From Oopsacas minuta (Eukaryota; Animalia; Porifera): 64,000 bases of DNA. The first letter of the stretch is position 1. The number at the start of each line of letters is the position of its first letter. A model generated the notes under the pieces. That model worked only from the letters and a program-made list of their open reading frames with translations, did not search any database and was not told the DNA's origin. Location of the stretch: positions 878,556 to 942,555 of the forward strand of contig JAKMXF010000299.1 of assembly GCA_024704765.1 (NCBI GenBank), in the 5' to 3' direction. This document shows positions 38,801-50,407 of this stretch, piece after piece. The translations under genes and the position numbers were made by a program.

Positions 38801-39022
38801 GAATTAATTTCCACATGTACATCTAATGAGGGTCAGACAATCAGAATCGGAAAATCTGTGTTTTCACATGTTTAGTTATAGAATTTTAATATCCTGAACC
38901 TCATTAGATTTAATAAGAGTGCAAATTATCACTTTCATGGTCCATTATCATAATAGGAATCATAAAATATAAAATGAGGAGAATTTCTCGATCGATGCTG
39001 TGTTTCATTAAGTTGTATAATA

Positions 39023-39205
39023 CAGTGAAACCTCGTTAATACGAACACATTTTATACGAATTTCCGGTCAAGATGAGCAGAACTTTGCACAATTTTAGTC
39101 CCTACAGTCGATATTCAGTTATTTTTACTCCTGTTAATACGTACTCCGGATAAGGAGTACAATTCTCGACGGTCCTTTGGTGTACGTATTAACGAGGTTC
39201 TACTG
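39023..39205. mobile_element. pogo-like MITE, 183 bp
   Basis: TIRs CAGTRRAACCTCGTTAATACGWACAC, TA TSD. Confidence 0.85.
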
Positions 39206-39366
39206 TATATTAGATATTGAAACATTGGTTCAAGTTATTTTGATATTTTAATAGTGCTTACATGATTTCCTATGACAAGTTTGTATGGAGAGAGAGCGGG
39301 TCTTATCGATGCTAAAACATCGGCGAATGTTAGTGATATCCAATAATTTAATAGTTTCGTTTGCTG

Positions 39367-39369
<3 letters not shown>

Positions 39370-39403
<34 letters not shown>
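39370..39403. repeat. (TA)n microsatellite
   Basis: About 17 TA units. Confidence 0.95.
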
Positions 39404-39411
<8 letters not shown>

Positions 39412-39607
39412 AAATAAGATCTTGTACAAAGTACAGAACACAATTTGGCATAGAGGAACTACTTGCAGGGTGAGATAATATATTCTATTTTTGTTATTGA
39501 TTTAAGGAATTAAATGTTCGGATAGAGTATACTCCTGCCTGACAGACTTATCTTTGTTGTCAATAATTCAATTCATAATACCTACATTGTAAAATGTGAT
39601 TCATACA

Positions 39608-42600
39608 TAGGGTTTCCAATTGCGAGATTTTGGGATTGAAAAATCCTGAATCCCGGGATTTTCGAGGCTTACTAATGTAACTCATTTGTAATGAATATAT
39701 TTAACGTATGTTATTAGAATATTCTGATCTAATAATACTGAAGAAAATTAAGGGTATAATGAATGATTAATCTATTTTGATTTTTCAAATTGTTTCTTAT
39801 GAAACAAAGAACATCCAGCGAGTCATCACTAAGTCTGCTTCGTTATTTATTGCGGAGATATGTACATGATGAAAACGTACGTTCTGCTTCAACAGAAGTT
39901 GCAAGGATTGTCAGCATCATTTTATAAACCTTGTCTAAGTAGTACCTCGTTTTCCTGTTTCCTCTGCAAAGTAATTTCATGACCTAACATAGTTGGTAAA
40001 CTTGTATTATCAAGTGAAAGAGAATTTTTTGGAATTTGCATCGATGCGTCTTTTGCTAGTTGCAATTTCTTTGCTAGAGGTATATCTTCTGGTCCTGGAT
40101 CCATTGGAACTTCTGATAATTGTGATTCTGTTATACCATCTTCACTGATTGGAAATTCCTCATCTTCTCGCTGTATTCTTGTTAGTAAATTAGCACAATA
40201 TATTCTTACAATTGACTTCTTTCGAGTTTTGCAGATGGGCTGTGGAGATATTGAAGTATTACGGAAGCATCAGTGTAACGCTCTTGAACAATTCTTTGAT
40301 TAATAGATTCCAGTATTTGTTTATGACAATGCGATTTTGTTTTGTAAATATCGTCAAGTAGAAATTTTATGGTTGCTTCAGCTGTAATTAAATTCGTCTC
40401 TCGCCGGCATAGAGCTTCTACTGCCATCTTAATAGGGTTCAATGCGTCTACTATAGAAGTTATCAGCGCAAATTCCTCATCAGTATAATATACACCTTGA
40501 TTAAGATCTAACAATGCTTTTGTGTGGGCACCTTAATCTGTAATATTCATTCAAGCATGTTGACAAGTGAACTCCAACGAGTCTTACAATCCAATATCAT
40601 ATTGAGTCCATTTGGGTATTTTTCTCTGACATACTTTTGCAAAGTTTCATTCTTAAGAGGCGAACGTTTAAATATCTTCACAACTCTTCGTACTTTGTTC
40701 ACTGTATCAATAATATCCACATTTAATGCAAGATCATTTATAGAGTCTGCTGGCCCTGAATTATCTAACCCACCATCAGATAAATCATAATCACAATCAT
40801 CATCTAATGTTGTCGTATTATCTTCATCATCAGTTCCACTGTCAACGCTAAGTATTTCAATATCCTCATTATGCTTCTGATAGAATGTGTCCGTATCACA
40901 AGTTGTAGTCCATGAGCATAGCACAACTGGTGAATACTTGCTATCGATCGCCCCAACTTTTCATCATCGAACCTCAGTCTGTTATGATGGCCACAATATC
41001 CTTCTCAAAATTCACTCCAAATTCATTCAGCTTATGCACGATAACATTTGAACATGCTTCAGATGAAAATCTACCCCTTATTCGTATTAAACCAAGGTTC
41101 CAAAAGGAATCATTACCGTGGATATTATATTAAGATATCTTTTATTTTGCACTGAAGTCCATTCATCTAAAGTCAGGCTGAAATATGCACCTTTAGATTT
41201 GAAATGTGTATAAATCTCTTTACCTCTTTGCGTAATTGCTGTCCGTATTTCACTATTTGATCTCTAACCCCACTAACAGATTTAGGTATTGAGTGACCAA
41301 GTGCACTAATGGATCTTCTTATATCAGGTGAAGTTGTGAAAACATTGAATTAGAGACCCTCACAAGCTGTCATTCTTGCCAATATACTGGTAGACTAGTA
41401 TCGTTGATGTAATAATCAAGTGTTCTCACTGCGCTTATATTTGGCTGCTTAGACAGTTCCATGTAGTTTCATTCGTAATCTTTCGCTTTAATACTTCAGT
41501 TTGATGAATTGATCTTATATGCATGTGTAGCCCTTTCGTTGATCCGCCCTCACACTTAAGTGTTTTTTGCAGAGTTTGCATTGGGATAATTTACCACATG
41601 TAGATCACCTAAAATGTTCCCAAATCTTTGTTCCAACGCAATCTTGGTAAATGACCTTAATCTCGGCCATAAAGTGAGTATGATAATATGGTTTAATTTT
41701 GTTTTATATAATGCATATACTTCACGTACATATGAAATTATGACACCAGTGAGTAACAGTACCTAAGGTTGAGAAATCTTATTAGTTAAGAATGAAGCCA
41801 TTCAAGTTCAAAGTGTATCAGACGTTAACTGGTAAACATTAGTCATGGATCGTGATATTTTAAACAGAATACAGTATCAGGGCGTTCAATAAGTCTTGCG
41901 GGTCATGATATATCTTAGGAATTAGTCAAGTAATATATCTATCTTTCATATATTATAAGTCATATAGTTAAACTTCATATACTGAAAGTTTCAAGCTTAT
42001 TCAATACTTATTATCTATTTTTGAGATAGTCATATGTAGTCAATTTATACCCATGGTTGAATTTATTGCTTCAAAGGTTGATAATTTCAACCTCAAATGG
42101 CGAGCTTATATAGAGTTTCGCACACTACTCAAGATCCACCCCGTACAGATCTTCAGTGAGTTACAGGAGATATTGTGCGTTGATTGCTCTTCCAGATCTA
42201 CTGTAGAGCGATGGGCTGCCCGTTTTAGATCTGGTGATGCTGATGTCACAGATTTGCCTCGATCTGGAAGACCGGTATCCGCCACCACTTTAGAGAATAT
42301 CGCACTCATTGAAAGTATGGTCATGGAAGACAGTGCTTACTGTCAATCAGTTAGAAGAAAGTATGGAGATTTCATCGGGAGCTATTCATATAATTCTGAC
42401 CACTGAGCTTGGCTACCGATCGATTTGTGGGAAATGGGTTCCGCATAAACTCAGTGAGAATCAAAGGTTGGCACGACTGAATATTGTCAAGAAACTCTTG
42501 GAAACTTATGACAACTGGGATTCTAGACGCCTAACAGAGATTATTACTGGTGACGAAACGTAGGTGTATTATTCAACACCATATAGCAAGTATAAGGAGC

Positions 42601-43289
42601 GATCATGGGTGAGGGGCGACGAATAACCGGCGAAAATCCTAGGCCCGACTTCAGAAAACCTATGATTATGTATACCATCTTCTTCATAGTCATGGAATTG
42701 TTTTGCAATTACCTTGTAAGTGTGGCAAGGCTGTTACTGCTACTTTCTTTACAAAGCAAGTGCTTCCAAATTTGATAGAAAATATAGAAAGTACCGCCCG
42801 AAAACCGGAACTCGAGGAATGAAGATTTTAATTGATAACGCCAGTTCCCATACAGTTAAGCTTACCAAAATTTTCTGGATGTAGAAGGGTTAGAATTACT
42901 TCCCCATCCACCATACTCACCAGACCTAGCTCCGTGTGATTTTTGGCTATTCCCAAGCTTATAATCTACCTTCGAGGCAAAGATCTTAACACATTACAAG
43001 CACTCGGAACGGGCCTGTACCAGTACTTCAAATCCATCCCGAAGAAGAGTACAGAAATGTGTTTTACAAGTGGGTGGAAAGGTTAAACTTTGTGTATCTG
43101 CAGGAGGGGATTACTTTGAATATAGCGAATTAGTGTGTATAGAGTTTGTATCATATTCTATGATATCACCCGCAAGACTTATTGAATGCCCTAGTATTAG
43201 ACCATATTCCGGAATTTCGGGATTTAGCAAACCAATCCCGAGATTGAATCCTGGATTAATGCTCCGGGATTCCGGGATTGGAAACCCTA
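39608..43289 (-). mobile_element. hAT element (BED/Ac-like), decayed transposase at about 39830-41650, mariner inserted
   Basis: TIRs TAGGGTTTCCAAT, CCGGGATT subterminal repeats, TSD TTCATACA/TTCCTACA. Motifs LDCKTRWSSL and ATSVEAERTFS. Confidence 0.88.
41877..43194 (+). mobile_element. mariner (DD34D-type) transposon nested in the hAT, frameshifted
   Basis: TIRs AGGGCRTTCAATAAGTCTTGCGGGT, TA TSD. Motifs DLPRSGRP, KWVPHKL, ITGDET, DNASSH, PYSPDLAPCDFWLF and GGDYFE. Confidence 0.92.
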
Positions 43290-44339
43290 TTCCTACATAT
43301 TAGTCAAGCTTTCAAAGTAGAAGATGCAATTACTATGTGTAATACATGTATTACACATACTATGTGAGTTTAAGTACAGTATACTGGAATCATTCTTTGC
43401 AGAATTAATAAGATAACTGATAATTGTATATTGGTGATAAATTGTTGGTATTTTATGGTTGTTTTAACCTATGGATTAATATAGCTCTGCCTACTAATTC
43501 TAAATTTATCTCTTTGAACTATCTTGAGGAAGAAATTTGTATAATAGAAGAGTTGCATGATAATACTATAATTTCTAATTATTTGTGTAAATAGATGCTG
43601 TTATTACTCATATATGTACAACAATTCGTTTTGTCTGTAATTTAATACTAAATATTATCTCTATAAATGTAATTCAGATATTATCTGTATACATGTTAGT
43701 TTTATTTATGTATGTGTACATTATTGTATCTAAGTAATGCTCAGTTTCATATTATATGAAAGAGTTGAATATATGTAATCCGAATTCTAAATCTTTAGGT
43801 TCCTAGTTAGATATTAATGCAAATTCCATCAACTGTTAATCCAAAATCCATTAACTGGGAACTCAATATATAGTGCCAAACTACAGTGTTTCCCGAACAT
43901 TTCAAGTGACCACTCAAAAAAAGCGGAATACTTTTCTGATTACGAATATCGAGGCCCGAAAGTGATATTTCAAATAACTAAATACTTAATGCCAAGCGGG
44001 GGTTATCATAAAACTCGGCAGTCTAGAGAACTAAAATGCAGAGAAATGATCGTTACAAGATATTCCATGTTCTCTATAATAATGGGTCTGTGCCACTGGA
44101 TTATAAGACGTGCTTTAGGTATATACGTACATATAAGGATTATGCCAAAGGTTTCAGGATTCAGCATATAATGGTTATAAATTTAAATCGACTGTTATAA
44201 GTGTATTATATCGAACCCTTTTGAATACCCCACCTCACTCTCTCTTCACGATGGTCTACACCCGCAAAGGATGCGTCTATCGCTCTTCATAGAAAGGAAA
44301 AATCGCCTCCCTTTCAGCATATCCTTGGATTTTGGAAAC

Positions 44340-44600
44340 TTTAAAAATCACAACGGAAAAATGAAGGTCTCAAACATGTTTTGAACTTCCTTGATGTTTT
44401 TTTTCGAGCAGGTACTGACACAAATCCACTCGCACATTCTGTTGAATTTCTGTTAGAAAATGTGGGATCCAACGCGCTGCTAGTATTATCAGACCCACAT
44501 GTTCATGAATTATTGATTGAACTGCTGCCGATCCAATGATAGTGCATCCTTCAATATCCTCATTTGTAACTTTTGGATTTCCTTGAACATCTGACAAGCT
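44340..44600 (-). pseudogene. mariner transposase N-terminal fragment
   Basis: SIIHEHVGL...ARWIPHFLTE...RVDLCQYLL, the typical mariner W(V/I)PH linker. Confidence 0.75.
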
Positions 44601-44649
44601 ATATTACTAATTCCTGGACATGTAGCCGCTATAGCACTCCGGTAACGGG

Positions 44650-47135
44650 GTCATCCTCGAGTGAAGCCATACCACGTAAGAAGTCCACATACAATTCAAC
44701 ACAGTTGTTTTGAAGGTACATGGTCATCAAAACAGACCTTCAAAGCAGTTTTATTGGCTTAAATCATCAGTAAATCATCAAAGATCATTGCTCTGGAATA
44801 TTTTTGAGTTAGTTCCACTTGTAGATTAAATATAATATATTCAAATTATAATTACCGTATCTTTCCCCTTTACAAATAATAGTACAATTATTTTCCTAAA
44901 TGTTGTGACAATTACAATTACATAATATCCCATTACTCACTTTTGAATTTGTGAGTATTTGTAGAAAATGATATATTAGGTAATGCCAAAACTCCAATTG
45001 ACTCATCTTTCTATAAACCCCGTTTGATTTGACATTGATGAGTTTCTGAACTACTTGATTAACTAAGGAACACCTATCAAGTCGAAAGAATTTCCCAGCT
45101 ACACTAAAAGTCTCTCTACTGAGCTGGAACAAATAAATATGGCTGTCTTTTACAATAACATCATTTACGATACCATTTTTATTACAACCTATTTGGAAAC
45201 CCCAATTTCAATCACTATTACTATTACTTTCAAATTCTAATAGTTGTTACTTTTACCCCAGGCCTGATCCAGAGCAGAGTTAAATTCAAAATTTTATGGT
45301 ATTCAAAGAATTTTATAGCCAAGAGACTGAAGGTTATCAACAAGTATTCACTATTTCTGATTTTTCTACTAAGTTCTACTATACTCTAGAAAGCGCAAAA
45401 TTTATCATGACAATATTTAGACATTTTATGCATCAACATCATTTGATGATATGGTATTTTAATCTGATTTCAATGAATTTATTCATTCCTAATAGAGTTT
45501 CTTCAATTGAAGCATTTTTTGAAATATTTGCAAAGAGGGCAATCTGATGACCTCTTTCGGTTTGGAAATATACTATAGGAATAGGCTGTGCATTGTCTAA
45601 TATCAATTGTACCTTTATTATGGTTAAATTGGACCATTGAATATATAATCTTGTCGCAACTAATAGAATTTCACAATATGAATACTGTAGCAAAAGACCT
45701 ACCTTGTTCTAATATTAGGCTGTAAACAATTACCTTAATCTATAAATTGTGACGTATATAGATATTTAGTGAACTACATTCATATCGGACATACACATAT
45801 CGAAATATACACATATATCGAAATCTGAAATTGTACAAATATATTCCCAAAGAATCATATTAACGTGGATTTCATTAATTAATGCGAACTCCTCATAAAT
45901 CGAAAGAATTTTCGAGGTATCTTGCTTGAGCTGCGATATAACGGGAGCTGGCTGGAATTAAGTAAATGCTGAATCTTAGATAATTATCACACTGATATAT
46001 ATTAAATTTCTATTAGGAAGTTCTGCAATATACAAGGGATAAATTCAAAAATATTGTGGGAGCTTGGAAAGTGATGTTTCATCTAGACGCCATGGAGATC
46101 TAGAGATATCTTTAATATACCAGGATAGCATGATAGAAATGACAATTGACCTATTATACGGCTAGAAAGGTCCAAATTTTTGAAGGGGCCGAATTCTAAA
46201 ATTATCTAATATTAAACTTTAAATCGATCATATCTAAAGTACTCTATACATCCCTCAAGATTAACATTACGTACCAAACAAGATAGAAATGTCGTTCACC
46301 TGCACAGAATTGGAATATAGGTATGTATTTAGCAGTAGATTGCGGTTTTATACAAACAGAAGCTAGTCAATATGATTCATCTGACGTCTCGGATCCTTGT
46401 AACTCTTGTACATTGTCAAAAATTGTCCAAACAAAATAAATTACGATGTGAAATATCCGAGGAAATTCAAAAATTATTTTGACATTAATTGGCCTAAGAT
46501 AGATGTCAATCCTCATAATAGAATCTCCAATGGACAAATATACATATCTAAATGTATATTTCGTTTATTTTAATTTTTCCAAGAAAAGCACCACTACTTG
46601 AGTAACATGAAAGGAAATTTTTGGATATATAATTTGGTACTCGTAATGTCACACTATGTGGAAATTGTATTTGTTTCCAACAATTACCTTTGAAGTCACT
46701 AAGATATTCATTGGTGTAACTCATCTTTACAATTTGTAAATTTCCTAAATGTTGTGGATCCCACCTTTTTTCTGAAAATTTCAATCCAGAGAAAGGTAAA
46801 TTGTGCCCAATATAGATCCAGATCACGTTCAACAATCAAGCAAATATCTTAATAGTTTATAATAGCAAATTGATATTATCAATTTAACATTAGTACCAAT
46901 TGCGGTTGCAAATGCTCGACTATATTCTCACACTGGTAGTATAAGCAAATTTGCAGTTATAACATTTCGCTTTGGTGTGATAAAATTATAGTTATTTATA
47001 ATTTGGTAGTTATTTCCCCCAGCAAGAGTGTTGGAACACATAAAAATATCCATTGGAAATATTACTAAACTAACTCAAACATTTATCAGTAGTGAAATCA
47101 ATTTATATAAGAACATGCTATTTTGATTTCAGATT
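44650..47135 (-). pseudogene. Possible decayed gene for a secreted protein (laminin-G/EGF-like traces)
   Basis: Signal-peptide-like start MFLYKLISLLINV*VSLVIFP, then NLEGCIEYFRYD, MTMYLQNNCVELYVD and CNCNCHN...CTIIC. Many stops, and the motifs are short. Confidence 0.25.
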
Positions 47136-47190
47136 CCTATTTTACACAATTAATTGCCTATAACAGAACAATTCACGTCTAATAGCTACT

Positions 47191-48376
47191 CAGGTCACCC
47201 ATAAATACTGTTACTAGCATCAAAAGTATAACTCCAATAAACCTTTTGCCTGAACACACCTCCGTAGTGTGCTAATGAACGAGTCTACGCTGGACCGCAC
47301 ATAATCCTGTAGGACTTTCTTCCACTCTAGGATTGCGCTCTGTTACAATCTGCCAGATTTTGGTAACTTTTGCTGTTAACCCTCTCTTCCAAATATTAAC
47401 CACATGGTCAAGTGGATCAGATATAGTGAACATGGTGGCCATTGTTCTAATCAGATGAACTCTGGGAAATTTGCCTTGCACCACTCTTAAATAATCATAG
47501 CCCTGTGAGCTGGTGCAGAATCTTGCTGGATTATACACTTGTCTACTTTGAAATGTTTCCTTGCACAAGGCTTCAAAACCTTATAAAGAATATCATTCCG
47601 ACACATGGATTGATAAATTTGACGCCTTTGGATACAAAAACCAAATGTGTCCGTCCTATCGAAGTTACCCCGGCCCGTACTATCACTGACATCGGTTCCT
47701 GAGTTCTAAAAACCCAAAATGTATCTTGAGGTAGCGTATACTTACTAATAGCTAGAATCCTGTGAATTTGCATATTTAGAGGCTGTTCAACATTGAATAA
47801 GTTTTCATATGAGAATAGAATTCATTCATGCAGTCCACCGGTAAAACGCAGAGCATTGCTTTGGATCTTTCCAAACTCTTTTGTTTAGCTTGGGCAGTGA
47901 GCAGCTGAAAGCCTTCATCCCTAGATTGTAATATACGAGTTGTTTCATTAATTCTCTGCTTGTTTTCACGAGTTCGGCCATTTTTCGCATGAACCTGGCG
48001 GGATTACGCCTAATCTGATGTAGGATATTCTTCCGCATAGCAGCAGTTCTTACACTACGTGGCCGTTCAGGTCGTTGCTCAGTAATGCTTCCAGTCCTGG
48101 CGCAACGTTTTAATGTGCAAGATTAAACATTTTGCCTTCCCTAAGCAAATTAGCAATCTGGCTTCCAGTCTTCCCAGAGTTAAATAATTCAATTACAGCT
48201 GCTCTTTTCGATTGAATGGGTACATAAGAAATTCTTTTGTAAACCGAGTAAATGTAAGCTAAATTAATTGAATACAAACTCATTAGGAACTGAACTCAAA
48301 GCTTAACACTATTCCCTCTTGTGTATTTCTAAAGTGGATTGAATCTAATTGGTAACAGTTTTTATGGGTCACCCTG
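47191..48376 (-). mobile_element. maT-type transposon, copy 4, decayed
   Basis: TIR CAGGGTGACCCATAAAAACTGTTAC with a degenerate partner at 47191. IRRNPARFMRKMA, RTHLVFVSKGVKFI and QDSAP(A)H relics. Confidence 0.85.
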
Positions 48377-49102
48377 TCTGTAAATATGTTGCTAATTGAC
48401 AATCATTGCATTGCCGCCATATGCCACTTGTTCCCATAATGTACAATGGTGGCTATTGCAACAAATTGTACATAGTATTGACAGACGGTGATAATCAAAT
48501 TGAGTCGAAGGCATTTGCAATGGGTATTTCGGCTGCGTAGGATACGAGGAATACGACATAACAGCGAAATGTATGATATTATTTTGTATGAAATTTTTGG
48601 GTCTAACTATACCTTTGGTAAGGGAGTTTATCATGGGGGTTATACACTAAACTTCTTAAATTTAACTTATAAAAACTTAATTTGGGACCAAAAATAGGTT
48701 TGCTCAAAATCTAACTAAGTTATTAGATGGAACTTAAACTTAAACTTAGTTTTTGTTTGTGCCTAATCTGAAACTTATATTGTGGCATTTTCAGCAAATG
48801 CTAAGTCTACTATATAGCAGAGTTAAATTTGCAACTACTTTTTATATGTTTTGGCTTATAAAAATTGTATAGCCAAAATGACGATAATATCGATGTAATT
48901 CTTAGTCAAAATTGAATTTAAATTGTATATATTTATAGAAGCAAATTATAATCCCCTAGAGAATGTTATAAATGTGAAATTTATGTATACTTTAAACATA
49001 TCCTGAATGATTAATCCGAAAATGTGAATCAAAAAATGCATCAAATATTTTGCAAATTTACATGAATCTAATTAAAGACTCATTTCATCTTATTCATCGA
49101 AG

Positions 49103-49768
49103 AAACCTCTTCAAAACAGGATAAATGGACGCAAGGAAAACTTTGAATGAATTCAGTATAAAAAGCAATGGAAAACTAAAGAGTTTCAGTTTAGAAGGTT
49201 AATACTAACAATGAAACATGAGAAATAATTAAATTCACCTCACAATGCAAATGGACAATTAACCCCTCTCGCGTACAATTAACTCCTTTCGTGTCCAATT
49301 AACCCCTTTCGTGTCCAATTAACCTCTTTCGTTAACAATTAACCTCTTTCGTGTGCCATTAGTTCCTTTGTGTACAATTAACCCCTGTCGTGTACAATTA
49401 ACTTCTTCCTTGTATTATTAACTCATTTCGTAACATTTACCCTATTTCGTGTTCAATCAACCTCTTTTGTGTACTATTAACCTTTTTCGCGTACAATTAA
49501 CCCCATTCGTGTACAATTCGCCTCTTTCCTGTTCTATTTACCTTTTCACGTATAATTGAACCTTCTCGTCTACAACTAACCCATTTCGTTTACAATTTTC
49601 CCTTTTCGTGGAGAATTCACCTGGTCTTCAATTTATTGTTTGTAATTTGTTTCATTTATTTTCGTATTCATTTATTTTCTTCTTTCTCCTTATTCCTTGT
49701 ACATGATGCTAACTTTCATTTTCAATTCAAATTTACTTGCGTCCATTTAATTTGTCTCATCGAGGTTT
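49103..49768. mobile_element. MITE-like element with a minisatellite core
   Basis: Inverted AAACCTC...TAAATGGACGCAAG at both ends. Confidence 0.55.
49256..49612. repeat. 20-bp minisatellite, about 18 degenerate units, consensus AATTAACCCCTTTCGTGTAC
   Basis: Visible 20-nt periodicity, decaying toward the right. Confidence 0.92.
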
Positions 49769-50407
49769 ACAGTAGTGACCATCGATTAAATATTGTTGTC
49801 AATATTTATCAATAACTAGATAACCTTCAATGTTACAGCCATATCTTCTAACTGAAATATAGTTTATCTCGAATTTATGACACCCTTAACAAGTTTCTCA
49901 TTTATAAACATATCTGATACATATTTTCTATTTATAGATTACAGGTTGATTAATTCTAGGCACAAAGTACTGTGCGCTTATATGATGGTGCCGTAATCCG
50001 CGTGCGCGTAGCGCGAGCAAGCGAAGCGCGCTATGCGTACATACATTCTACCACCAGTAATTCGAATTTCCGTTAAAGATTCTAAAATTCGTACAAATAT
50101 CTGTTTCCCTTGAATTATCTCATGGATCCAATAGAAAATCTGTCCAATAATTCGAACTTCTACAAAATGTAAACGATTTAGTTATTTCATGGATAACATA
50201 TAAATAATTCCATTAAAATCCACACTTTTGGATTAATCATATGTAAATTTAAAGTTGTTTGTATGAATATATGGAAAACAAATTAGCCAAATTTCATAAA
50301 ATATATGCAAGTTTGCTCCGAACGGCTACAAAGGGAGTTAAACTTACAAGACAATTCAATAATATATATGCCATATAAGTATATTTGTGAATTCCGTTGT
50401 TCTAAAT

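Noticed and set aside
46380-47135. TGA-interrupted frames suggesting genetic code 4 (organellar or bacterial insert)
   Set aside because: TAG and TAA stops and frameshifts occur too, so ordinary decay is the simpler explanation.
49256-49612. Regular repeat array as a CRISPR
   Set aside because: Head-to-tail units with no spacers, no cas genes, and a eukaryotic context.
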